Assembly: GCA_003427395.1 (NCBI GenBank)
Contig: BFEA01000013.1
Location: forward strand, 403,326 to 467,325
Length of the DNA stretch: 64,000 bases
Source: Chara braunii
Lineage: Eukaryota; Plantae; Charophyceae
Direction: 5' to 3'
The notes under the pieces were generated by a model. The model was not told the DNA's origin, ran no database searches, and saw only the letters and a list, made by a program, of their open reading frames with translations. Shown one piece after another: positions 49,984 through 62,394 of this stretch. The translations under genes were made by a program, and so were the position numbers. The first letter of the stretch is position 1; the number at the start of each line of letters is the position of its first letter.

Positions 49984-51022
49984 CAAGAGATTAAAGATAG
50001 CGCCAAAGGAATGCTTAAGAGATCAAACAGCTCTGGACAGATGTACTCAGCATAGACCATGACATGCGACAAAACCGATTATCCAGCCCCTAATACGAAA
50101 GGTACACAACTTAGCGTAAAAAGAACCATTGCCACACGCGTCGCCCCGACGCGTTTCGTCGCCTGCGTGCAAAAGGCGAACTCATTAGGGGGCTGCTCCT
50201 CCTCGTCCCATACCGATCCCGTCGCCACGAAGTGTGGTTGGTGTCGGCCTCAACTCCTCTTAAATACCCTGTATCCTCTCAGCTCATCTGCTTCTCCCTC
50301 AATCTCCTAAGTGTTGTTCGTCCGTAACATGGCTACTTGTACTACCTATGCTCCTAGTCGTATCATCAAAAATTTCTCGCCTTTTTCTAAAGTTAGGACT
50401 GTCCAAAAAAACTCTGTGTTACCCAACCTCTCCGACTTCGTATCTAGTTTCTCGCTGATACTCATCTATCCTAATCTTAGCACTAACTCTCTTACTTGCT
50501 AAATTCCTAAATTCCTGTATCCGACCAACGTCCCGGAAGGTTCGCTGTATTCGGGTAAAATTGAAAGTTGGTACCTGCCGCTACTAACGAACCTTCGTGG
50601 TATTAATCCGACACGTTACCCGTCTCTGCTCCTCCCAGCGTCCTTCTAGGACTGAGGAAAACCAAAAAAACTTTCCAGAAAAATACATTACATACATCTG
50701 TTGATCCGAAATGTTACCCGTCTCTGCTCCTCCCAGCGACCTTCTAGGACTGAGGAAAACCAGAAATTTCCAGAAAAAAACTTCAAACAATCGTCCACCA
50801 TCTCACTCCGTAGGGTCACGGACAAACCAGAATACTTAAACCTCCAAAAAACAAAAAAACAAAAAGGTTATTTCCGAGGAGGAAAATATCAGAAGGAAAC
50901 GAAAAAGCAATACATGCATTGCTCGGCTCTGAGCCTTCAAAAGTACTTAGTACAACCGGGGTACGCCTGTGAGAGAATATCTCTCCAGGGACCTCCGGAT
51001 ACTCAAGCGAACTTAGCTAGAG
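49984..51022 (-). repeat. 5' pseudo-LTR (5'-truncated upstream copy)
   Basis: Starts CAAGAGATTAAAGATAGCGCC as at 44561 and ends next to a (GA)n tract. Confidence 0.92.
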
Positions 51023-52191
51023 CACTGAGAGAGAGAGAGAGAGTTAAAGTTCTCTTATTAGTTTGCGAGTGCACTTACGAAATCCTAGCGGTTAGTTCCG
51101 GAGCGGTTTCAATGCTCCGGAAGGGCGGTGTCAATGCCCTGTGGTGGGTCGGACTCCATCCGGTACCTCGCCCGACCTCCCCCGTGGACAGTGCCGCTCG
51201 ACATAGCGTGAGCAGCCTTGGTCCATCCCAAACGGTCCCTCTACGACACAACGTGTGGTTGGAGGGGGTAAAAAAACTTAGAAGAGCAACTCTCGGTCCC
51301 TTTTGGGGCACCCTGGAGATTTAGGAACTCAGCGTGAAACGCAGTTCGAACTCTCCGACTGTAGCTCATTGTCGGAGTTGGTTCCAGACGTTGAGCACCG
51401 ACAACGATACCTTGATCTTTTAACCTCTGTCCTTTCCATGAGGAACAAGTCGCACTTGGACTTTCCCCCAAGGGGCAAAGGTTCTAGTGTCGCGGCGCGG
51501 ACGCCGATATTCCCCCTACCGCTAAGGCTTGAGACTAGATATAGAAAGGGAAAACTAAGTAACTCAAAACGTGATCTTTATAACTCAGGGATGCCTAGAG
51601 TCTCATGGTATGCAATATATTTTACAAATTCTCAGGCAAATGTTCAATCCAAATGCTCTTTCCAACTCTTTCTCAAGGTTGATTCTCATGACCGGTCAAA
51701 CGACCCCTTTTTAGTCCAATCTCAATTCATCAAAACTCAGTCTCACTCAGTCTTTATCAGACAATCATGCAAGCGGACCCTATTGACAATTTCTAATAAC
51801 CTTTTCCATGACGGTCATTTTGCTCTTTCGGATGGATCTAACGCTAGAACACGGGTATGTGCACTGGCATTACTATGTGCATATACGTGCGAGTATATGC
51901 GATTGTGCGTACATGTGAGAGGGGCGAGAGTGAGACCGTGTAAGTCCCCAATCTCGCGTCTGACTCTATGGTGCTTCTATTGATAGGATGAACTACATCA
52001 AGTGCATCTAACACTAAAACACATAAAATTTACACTATGACGCGCGCACGCATGCTAGTGTGAGAGAGAGATAGAGTGAGTATAAGGAAAACAGGAGAGA
52101 ACTATTACGTAGACTACTGACATCCTACCACAAGCATTTGTGTCTTACCAAAAAGATAGCTTATATACGTTCCTTATAATTAAACGATGTT

Positions 52192-52285
52192 CATTGTTGT
52201 TGTTATTATTATTATTATTTTATAATGATAATAATTATTATTATTAGTATTATTATTTTATAATGATAATAATAATAATTATTAC

Positions 52286-52328
<43 letters not shown>

Positions 52329-52358
52329 GTTATTATTATTATTATTATTATTGTTATT
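52192..52358. repeat. (TTA)n/(TAA)n microsatellite
   Basis: Seen directly. Similar tracts at 54180-54336 and 56440-56490; (GAA)n at 52585-52623. Confidence 0.95.
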
Positions 52359-52835
52359 TTCCCCGATAACAACCATGTAAATTTCGAGAAAAGAGAAAAG
52401 CGGGCTTAGGAAGGAGGTGGTGAGTGCAGTCAAGAAGAAAACCGCGAACGCAAACGGATGGATAAGCAAGAAGAAGGCCAAGCAGAGTAAGGAGGGAGAG
52501 GAGAAGCACGCAGAGGTAGCGAAAGTTGGCAGAAAGTACGCACGGGAAGAAAAGCGAGAGGGGGCAGAAGTAGCATGTGACAAAGAAGAAGAAGAAGAAG
52601 AAGAAGAAGAAGAAGAAGAAGAAGGGGAAGAAAGAGAGGGGAGAGGAGAGGACGACCTACCTCCCTTGCAGTTGATGATGACGACCGTTCAGGCGTATAA
52701 GCGGTGGCGCAGGTATTTGGCCCTGCATCTGCTACTTACAAGTGTACGAGGGTGAAGACTCGCGGGAGATGCGATGCGTGTGCCAATAGTGTCGTGAGGA
52801 TGGGCACCGCCCGACCGACTTGCTGGAATTCACAG

Positions 52836-53476
52836 TTGCGTCATTCGTTTCCTCATTGCTGTAACCTCGGTGTGTTGCACTTCGCAACTAGATTGCGTTG
52901 CGTTCGCAGAGAAGGAGAAAGTCAACAGGTAAGTCTCCAACCCTCGTGACTGGTTATACGCTACCTCCATCGAAGGCATAAAAATAATAATAAATAATAA
53001 TAGTAATAAGATGAAGAAAAATAAATAATAATAATAATAATAATAATAAATAAGCAGATAAAATCGTGTGAATCTACAGCTAGAACACGGAATATACACT
53101 GCCACAATCGTGTATTTGAGTGTGTGTGTATGTGTGAGAGAGTGTTTAAATATATACCTCACCACTTGCGTCATTCGTGTCCTCATTGCTGTGACCGCGG
53201 TGTGCTGCACTTCGCGACTAGATTACGCTGCGTTTGCAAAGAAGGAGAAAGCCGACAGGTAAGTCTCCAACCCTCGTGACTGGCTACACGCTACCTCCAT
53301 CGAAGGCATAAAAATAATAATAAATAATAAGAAGAAGAATAAGAATAAAAATAAATAATAACAATAATAATAAATAAATAGATAAAATTGTAGGAATCTA
53401 CCGCTAGAACACGGAATATACACTGCCACTCTCGTGTATGTAAGTGTGTGCATATGTGTGAGGGAGTGTTTAAACT
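52836..53476. repeat. Tandem duplication, ~330-bp unit
   Basis: TTGCGTCATTCGT...ACAGGTAAGTCTCCAACCCTCGTGACTGG...GAGTGTTTAAA at 52836 and 53166. Confidence 0.88.
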
Positions 53477-54288
53477 CGCGGCTGTCATCACGGTACTTCC
53501 ATAGGTAGGATGAGCGAAATCGAATGAATCTACAACTAGAATATGGAAGTGCACGCTTCTACACTAGCGTGTGTGCGAGCATGCGGACCTGTGTGAATGT
53601 GTGTATGTGTGTGTTAGGACTACATATATACATCTATATCTATATATATATATACATTTTTATAATCAGACTACATATATACATATGTATATATATATAT
53701 GACGATATATATATAAATATATACCTCGTCAAACCGAACTGCCCTACGCTATGGCGGATAGGGCACATTGTGGTTCTTGGGTGCATGTGGCATCTGTGAC
53801 TGGGGGATCGAGGTTGTGAGTGATGCGTGAGGCTTACCTGGCGCTTGAGGCGAATGACATTGGCCGAGATCCGCTCATACTTCGGGGAGTTGTTGACGTT
53901 ACCGGTGGCGTTGTAGATTAGGCTAGGTAGCATCTGCCATTCGTAGTCTGGGCGCTGAGCGCCGGATAGGAGGTCGACATTTGTTCTTTGTTGATGATGA
54001 TGAGACTATTCCGACATTGTCACTTATGAGCTTTTGCTGTGCTTTTATTTGGTGGAACTCGTGATGCAATTCTACTACTTATTCGAGGTCACGAGTATCT
54101 GGTCTCATGTGTATGATGCTGTTTGATTTCTGAAGTTCGTTATGACTCATTTTCCTTCATTTTGTTTGGTTGGATTTTGTTATTTATTTTATTATTATTA
54201 TTATTGATTGATTGGTATATTATTATTATTATTGTTATTATCATTATTATTATTGTTATTATCATTATTATTATTATTATTATTACTA

Positions 54289-54334
<46 letters not shown>

Positions 54335-54336
54335 AT

Positions 54337-54438
54337 CAGGGTTACCGGTGTTCGGGACGGGCCGAACGCTTGAACCCGAACGCTCGAACGTACGGGACCC
54401 TTCAGAAGGCGTTCGGTCGTTCGGGCCGAACGCGGACC

Positions 54439-54469
<31 letters not shown>

Positions 54470-55111
54470 TTGTCAAACAATTCTGGAAAAAACATATGTT
54501 ATGGAGAAAAATAAACTAAACAACATTTGCCTGGGCACTACATCCAAATTCTTTATCAAATTTGAATTAAAAATTAAATCCATAAAATAAATACTATGAT
54601 AAAAATAAGAAAAAATAAAAAGAGAATTAAAATGAGTAAGTGTGCCAGCACCTTTTCGACACCTCCATCTTTGCCGATTTTTAATTATTTTTTGGCATTG
54701 ACAACTGCCCTGAAAATTTACAAATATGTAGTTTACATAATCAATAACGCACTAAAAAGTTTTCAAAAAATAATAATATTTTTTAGGTTCCGAAATAAAG
54801 TGAAAACAAAAAGTTAAAAGTGAAAAAAAACAAAACAGTGAGTGGGCAAGCACATTTTGACATCCCCATCTTTGACGATTTTTAATGTTTTTGTGGCTTA
54901 GCAGAATGGCTTGAAACTTTATAGGCGTGTAGGTTACATCATAGAGAACTCACAAAAAACAATTCAGAAAAAAAAAACGTATTTTTAGGCCCCTAATTTG
55001 TTTTTGGCGGGGGCCGAACGTGGAGATGTTCGGCCCATGAACACGACCCCGATTGCCCGAACGTTTGGGGGCCAGCCCGGGGGCCCCCGAACGTTCGGTC
55101 ACGTAACCCTG
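54337..55111. mobile_element. Non-autonomous hAT-type DNA transposon (MITE), copy 1
   Basis: TIR CAGGGTTAC/GTAACCCTG, subterminal CCGAACG repeats, 8-bp flanks ATTATAAT/ATTATTAT within a (TTA)n tract. Confidence 0.82.
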
Positions 55112-56439
55112 ATTATTATTATTATTATTTTACTTGCAGACAGACTCACTTTCTTTCTTACTTCACAGGCATGCAAACAGGTGGCACACCAAACTGGCAG
55201 CCAACGCGCACCCAAAACTCAGAAACCGATAACACAGTCCAGATGCAAACTCGCTTCAGATAGACTATGGCGCTGTCACTAAACTCTTTGTTCGTCACTA
55301 TGGCCAACTCCGCGTTTCACACACACTCAGGTTAGGATCACCCTGGATATCCCACACACGACACTTTGTACACACACCCACACCCACACACTGTACTCAC
55401 GTACAACTACGGCGGTTACGGCCGCTGTCACCCACTACAGCTACGGCTAAGCTCTCTACTTTAGCCCACTTCTTCCTCGGGCAATAGCAAACCACCACTC
55501 ACAAGACGTTGTGGCAGCGTTTTCGCCGGGCTCATGCAACAATGAGTGAATGGTTGGATGCCACCTCTTGATTTATACTTCTGTTCGCTGCTGGTCTGTC
55601 CTCTTCCACCAGGCCCTGGTGCACACATTCCCACATGATACGTGCTGACTGGACTACGTGAGACTGGGACTTGGTAAGCTGACTCAGCAAGGGTGGACTT
55701 CACCACTTGCCCAACTGCTTCTGGTCTAGTGTGAGCAGCGTTTGAAGGGCTACTTCCAGACCTTCCGGAAGTCTGTGGACTTGGCCCTTCGACAATGTAG
55801 CAGCTACGACCTTGGCATTTCAAGACTGTAGCAGCTACGACCTCGACCTTTCAGAAGTCCTACAACTCCGACCCCACCTATAGACTTAACCCCTACGAGA
55901 CAAACCTATGGTTCAAGACCCGACAGACCAGACACAAACACACATGACAGACTGACAGACATAAATAGGAAAAACAGACAGAGACAAACAAACGAATGTG
56001 ACTCGCACACAGATACACGGTGACACATACATAATGATAGAGATACGTAGTGACACACAGGGATGAGGGTGATGATGTCACAAGGCATGTACCTGGTTTT
56101 GACAGTGGTCTGCATAGTCAACATATGCATGTACTTTGGTTCCGCTGCTGACGTCAACCGAATGCATTGTCAATTCGTAGTTTGATAATAGTTGCACGTA
56201 GTAGACTTGGCGAACGTTGAGCTTTGAACACTTATGTCTGGTGACAATGAAAGTATGATCTCATTAACAGTCTGACAATGAAAGTATGATCTCATTAACA
56301 GTCTGATGAAGTGTTTTGATTCTCCATTGGTATAGTAGCGGTGCATTATTATTTTTCGAACAGTGTCGGACCTTCTAGCTTTCAATGTGGCTTCACAATC
56401 TGGGATTTGTCATTTCGCCTTTGCACGCTTACCTTCTGA

Positions 56440-56490
<51 letters not shown>

Positions 56491-57236
56491 TGGTTTTTGT
56501 TTCACTATTTTTCCATCATGAGATAAGCAAGGGTCGGAAAAGGAAGAGATGCAGGGTAATGAAGAGAAGAGGGACATCATCACCATGTGACGATGCCTAC
56601 CTCCTCCATCCTTATCCCTTCTCCCTTGACCTGAACTCTTCATTTTCTTTTTCTCCATATTTATCCAATATTATTGTGATCATTATCGTTCTTAAGCGTT
56701 AGCTTGCAGTTCCTTATTGATTGCAATCAAAGGAAGTGAGGGAAGATCAGGTTTGGAGAGAGGTGAAGTACTGGAGAGGAGAAAGACGTCGTCACCGTGT
56801 GACGGTACCTACCTCCCCCATCCTTCTCCGTTTCTCCCGTAATCTAATCCCCTCAGTTCCTTATCTTTCACGAACTATCCGAAATGGTATGATCTCTCTA
56901 AATTGAAAGTCTACTCTATGGAAAAGGATGATCAAACAAACAGACACAACAGGGCGATTGTGGGAGCTCTGTCGGAGTTCAGGAGGAACTTTGGATGCAA
57001 GGAACTATAAGGTTCGCATGACTCGCTCCTTTTTTCCGTATCCCTTACTAGTTACAATTCTCTATTAGACTGCATGAGTGGATGTATGCTATACATCTTC
57101 TTGTTTCCTTCGGGAGTAAAACTTTCAGAAGAAGTGAATTAATGTATGCATGAAGTAAGAACCTTGCCTGAAGTAAGGAAGGAACTTAGGAGAACCGAGA
57201 AGAAACCTAGTCTGCTTGGGTTTAGGAGACAAAGCC

Positions 57237-58638
57237 GTGTGATGGAGGCTCCCATGGAGTCATCACACTGCTTGTATGAACTAACTCAGGTGAATGGTGG
57301 GATATTTTCAGGCAAATCACCCGACTAAGTAACAATTTGATGAAATATCCGTTTGACTCCAACATTGGTAACAAGAAGCTGCCGTGCGATTTCCTTGTTA
57401 CCTTATAGGCTAGATCTAAGAGGTAATCCAGTACTTCCGTGGGGTACATGTCTTCAACGACTAACGAAGGCAAAGGTAGTAGGAGGCTCCCGTGGGGCTC
57501 TCCGATCACCTATCGGACTAGGCTTGGAAGGGAAATAAGTATTCACCGGGTGAGTACACAAACTCCTAAGTCTAGGACGATCCATCCAACTGGAAAATGA
57601 GAAAAAGGGAGTTTCCCGTGGAAACTACCTTATCTCCAACTGAAAGGTCTGCTTGGTATGGGATAGTTCCTTATAAACCAATTCCACCACTAACTAAACT
57701 ATGCATAGCGAAAGTCACGTGACAAGAGGAATGAGGGCTTCCGTGGGGTTGGCATACCTCTTGCTCATTCGAGATGCATAGGCCAGGTAGGTGAATAGTC
57801 AAAACAACTTAACTAAGAGTTATTTTGACGGATCTCCTACGCATCAAACTAGTAGTAGGGTAACTCATATGGGGTCATTCTAATACCTGGTTGATTCGAG
57901 GGTCAACTAACGAGGGAAGAAATGAGATGATTGTGATTTGGGCAGTAGAGGGATACTACCGTGTGAGTAACCCTACTACTTGTTTGGGTATGACTGATGG
58001 ATGATATGAATAAGTACCAACGATCTATCTATTTAACATTGAATCAGGATATGAGAGGCTCCCGTGGGTTCATCCTATTGCTTGCTTGGCTCTATCTTAA
58101 CAAGCCAAGTAAGGTACTCCAGTGAAAGCAAGACCTGGTGTTTGCCTGAGTCCACAGACTTAGTCATAGTTCGTCTATCTTTGAAAAAGTGGTAGGGTAA
58201 CTCCCGTGGGGTCATCCTATTACGCACTTAAGGATGGGTTGAGGTAATAGGAGACTTCCGTGAAGAGCTACCTATTACTAACTTGGATTCTGTATTGATA
58301 CCCGGTCTAGAATGTTTTTTGAACATTGGAACAAGTGTTGAGATGCTTCGACAAGGGTCTCTTAACTAATTGTTTTAACTAATAAAGGGATACTTCCCTG
58401 TGAGTTATCTGGTCGCTTGCACAAGATTGCTTGAGCTGCTTGATTGCATGAGGACTGCATGGACTTTAAAGAGTGGTTGAGTGCTTCCGTGGGGCTACTC
58501 GACTACTCCTTTGACTAATCGACTGTATGGAATTGATCAAGTAGTGGAGGATTTCCGGGTGAATGAACCTACTACTTGCGTATGTCAGGACAAGAAGAAG
58601 CGAAAGAAAAAAGTGAGTACTCTGGCGTGAGTAACTTT
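57237..58638 (+). other. Array of 12 or more stem-loops with conserved CCGTG-type loops and unrelated stems (putative structured RNA region)
   Basis: Examples: GGTAACAAG..CCGTG..CTTGTTACC; GAGTGGTTGAGTGCTT-CCGTG-GGGCTACTCGACTACTC; GTAATAGG..CTT-CCGTG-AAG..CCTATTAC. No ORF of 60 aa or more between 57540 and 59250. Confidence 0.75.
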
Positions 58639-61022
58639 AGAGTCCTAAATGAAGCAGAATAAAAGACAAATACCGCAGAGATAAAAAATTAGAAAAGAAG
58701 AAGCTCCGCGTAGCCTCAGTTCATTTATAAACTCCTAAGGGAGAAACCGCCAATGGCATGAATTGATCTCAGCTAGACTACCGCTTAAGCACCAAAGGGT
58801 GTGCTTATCCGCAGGAGAGAAAATGCAAGGACTGAGAGTAAGGGGAAATATGAGTTCCCTAAGACAACTTAGGACATAGGCAAGAGACTCTTTGAACAAA
58901 AGGAGGAAGAGTGACAGACGACATAGGGTAGGTAGAAGCTAAGGGGTTAGACTTTGGGATGTTGATTCCAAAGCCTACATACCAGATCTAAGGGTTTGAC
59001 CCTAAGATATCAATATGTGGGAAATCGAGTAGGGATATTGAATCTTTGTTGACTTGTGTGTGTGCAGGTCCATGTTTTGATCTACTGCAATTGAAGGAGA
59101 AGTCCTACAAAGAGGACTCAAATTTTCTGTGATCTTTCCATAACAGGTCGGTCGTTGCCGATTTAACTTTTCCCCCTTGACTTGATACCCACGTCTAAAG
59201 ACAAAACTCTATGGACAGTAAACCTGTCAACTGTGGTCATTGTGTAAATGGTCCTAGTCACTCTCAAGGGTCCTTTGAAGAAATGTGACGGGCTTGGGCT
59301 TACGTCTCAGGAAAGATAAAGCTGCCACACATGGTCTGGGAAGTGAGGGACAATGTGTAAGGTGTGGATTGATGGTTGACGTCATTAGTGCATGGGATGT
59401 GAATTGTCTTTGCATTATTCTTTGCAGGTCTGTTTTGTTCGTGGTTTTGGATTGAACTGCGTTTGACTTCATGAAGAGTCTTGGACACATAACACTTGTG
59501 AAAGTGGGAAGGGTTACCAGCGATAATACCTCCATATTCATTATCAGTTCTATATAACTTCTATACTATCTGATGTTCAATCATATGTTAAGTAGAATAG
59601 AATGCCCTTTGTAGTGAAATGATTTGATTGGTACTTTGATCGTAGTGGTTAAAATAATAATATGTTTTGGGAGCAGAAGCTGAAATAGACGACCTTTTAA
59701 AAGTTCGACCTGAATATCTAGGAGCCCGAGCTAGGGAAACTACATCATGAACCTGACTAGACTAACGGTTCAGTCTTAGGGGTCTTACCGCGCGTACCTC
59801 GTTTTGTGCTACAACGATCGATAAAACGTTCTCGATCGATCTACCTCTACAAAGGCATTTAAAAGCCTTCGCAGGTTCCTATGTGAACGTACCTAGGTGT
59901 AGTTAAATTGAAGCATTTGCAAAACGACAAACGAAAGATAGGATAATATACAATTTCTATTTAGAAGGTAAGAGGACTGCTAAGGTTAATTGTCGGTTTA
60001 TTGATATGAGTTTTTGTCTAGGGTAGCTTTCATGAAATAGGACAAGTACAAGTTGTAGTATATAGTTGGTTAGTCTGCCTTATATGATTTTCTCGAAGCA
60101 ATAATTACTCCTGTACATGATTAAGGTGACATATAAAGTAACGACCAAGGATTGTGGAGACTTTTAAAAGCAAGTTGGTAGGAATAGCAGAAGAATACAT
60201 CAATATTATGTGATTTGGTTAGACTCATTGAATCTGTCGGGGAAGTGTTTTTTCTAAAGTATTATCTTCTTATTATAACGCTTACCGACCCGACAACAAC
60301 CACGTATATGTCTGAAGCCTTTATTCTTTTGTAAAACTGCGATATAAGTATCAAAAAGCTCGACACTACTTTAGGTGTCTCATCCCTCCAATCATGCCAC
60401 GTGGGACAAAAACTGGAAGGGGGAGAGGTGGCCGACAGGGGAAAGTAACAAAAAAACCTATTGATTTGACAAGAGAAAGAGAGGAGCGAGAGGAAGGAGA
60501 GGAGGAAGAGGAGAAGTGGGAGAGAGTAAGAATGCGTTCAGATCTAGAAGATCAACACGAATGAATGTCGTCTCCAGGGAAAATGACTTACTACTCTTAT
60601 AAGTACGAACTCTCCACCACCGCGTTTCGAGCCGCCTTCACATATGACATATCTTTCCCCCTCTTCTTCTATGGCACGACGACTTCAACAGTTGACTGTA
60701 TTTCCCCAACCACCTCGACCTGCTCTTCCACCTCCGCCTCTTAATGTGTCTGACCCTCCCGTGGCATCTCAGGTATCGCCCACTAATCATACACTCGTGG
60801 CCAATGGACCCCGGAAAATTTGGCGAACGGAGCACCGAAGCTTGTAAGCGAAAGGTTACCGAATTCGGTAAAACAAATTGGCGAAAGATGTCTCAAGGTA
60901 TGCCAAAGAAAAATATAGTTTTATATCTTCGGTCTTTATAAACACTGAAGTGTGGTTGTGCTATTATAGTTACCCAATTTGGAACGTTATATCCCATGAT
61001 GTGTTTTCCAAGTTAGATCCTA

Positions 61023-61931
61023 ATGCGCTTTCGGTGTTTCGATACCGAAAATGCACTTCGGGATTTCGGTGTTTTACTTAGTTTATTTTCTACTTATAAG
61101 ACATTATATCCTGATGCGTTTTCGGTGTTTCAGTATCGAAAACGCACTTCGGGATTTCGATGTTATTTTCTACATATGGAGCATTATATCCCGATGCGCT
61201 TTCAATGTTTCGGTAGTGAAAACACACTTCGGGATTTCAGTGTTTTACTTAGTTTATTTTCTACATATGGATGAGAATATCCCGATGCGCTTTCGGTGTT
61301 ACGGTACCGAAAACGCACTTCGGGATTTCGGTGTTTTACTTAGTTTATTTTCTACATATACTTAGTTTATTTTCTACATATGAAACATTATATCCCGATG
61401 CGTTTTCGGTGTTTCGGTACCGAAAACGCACTTCGGGATTTCGGTGTTTTACTTAGTTTATCTACTACATATGGAACATTATATCCCAATGCGCTTTCGG
61501 TGTTTCGGTACCGAAAGTGCACTTCGGGATTTCGGTGTTTTACTTAGTTTATTTTCTACTTATGAAACATTATATCCCGATGCGCTTTCGGTGTTTCGGT
61601 ACCGAAAATGCACTTCGGGATTTTGGTGTTTTACTTAGTTTATTTTCTACATATTAGTTTATTTTCTACATATGGAACATTATATCCCGATGCGCTTTTC
61701 GACATTTTGGTATCGAAAACGCACTTCGGGATTTCGGTGTTTTACTTAGTTCATTTTTTACATATGTAACATTATATCGCGACACGCTTTCGATGTTTCG
61801 GTACTGAAAACGCACTTCGGGATCTTAATGTTTTACTTAGTTTATTTTCTACATATGGCACGTTATATCCCGTTGCGCTTTCGGTGTTTCGGTACCGAAA
61901 ACACACTTCGGGATTTCGGTGTTTTACTTAG
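61023..61931. repeat. 91-bp tandem repeat, ~10 copies, each with a hairpin
   Basis: ATCCCGATGCG(C/T)TTTCGGTGTTTCGGTACCGAAAACGCACTTCGGGAT plus a constant AT-rich linker. Confidence 0.92.
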
Positions 61932-62351
61932 GGTCTCGCTACAGTACTGTCCAATGTTCAAATTGGCAAATTAATCCTTGCTTCACTTACTTTCCACTGT
62001 CCGTGTGCGAAATGGCTTGGGGCAGTGGTCGAAAACCGCATGGACAATGTACTGTCCACGAATGGACAAGTCCCAACCTGCAAAATTTGTTTCATGGATG
62101 ACTTTTCAAGGAACTCGTTGCGTGGTGTTGAATTTGCACATTGTAGCAGGAAAGGACTCTCTGGCGCCTGTGATGTCCGACCGGAAAGTATTGCGTTTTT
62201 TTTTCTAGGTTGTTTGATTGGACATCCAGGTTCCCCCTAACCGTCCGGGATGTCCGACCGAACGTCTGGTCGGACGTCGGACCGGACAGGGTATGTCCGA
62301 ACTAGCGCAAAAAAAATAAAAAAAAAAAATAATAATAATAATATATACATA

Positions 62352-62391
<40 letters not shown>

Positions 62392-62394
<3 letters not shown>

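Larger units (their letters stand above)
44561..51022 (-). mobile_element. Penelope-like retroelement with N-terminal GIY-YIG (Naiad/Chlamys-type architecture), flanked by pseudo-LTRs
   Basis: GIY-YIG, then a CxC...H linker, then RT on the minus strand. The ~1.0-1.15 kb direct repeats include the ORF 3' end, as in PLE partial-tandem insertions. Confidence 0.88.

Noticed and set aside
57237-58638. Calling the hairpins iron-responsive elements or a CRISPR array
   Set aside because: The loop is CCGUG rather than CAGUGN, there is no consistent bulged C, and stems are not repeated sequences.
60394-60941. Fragmented coding-like stretch (MPRGTKTGRGRGG..., ERSTEACKRK), perhaps a Myb/SANT-like transposon ORF
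   Set aside because: Too short and broken across frames to assign.
61023-61931. CRISPR-like appearance (palindromic repeats at regular spacing)
   Set aside because: The intervening sequence is constant rather than unique, there are no cas genes, and the context is eukaryotic.
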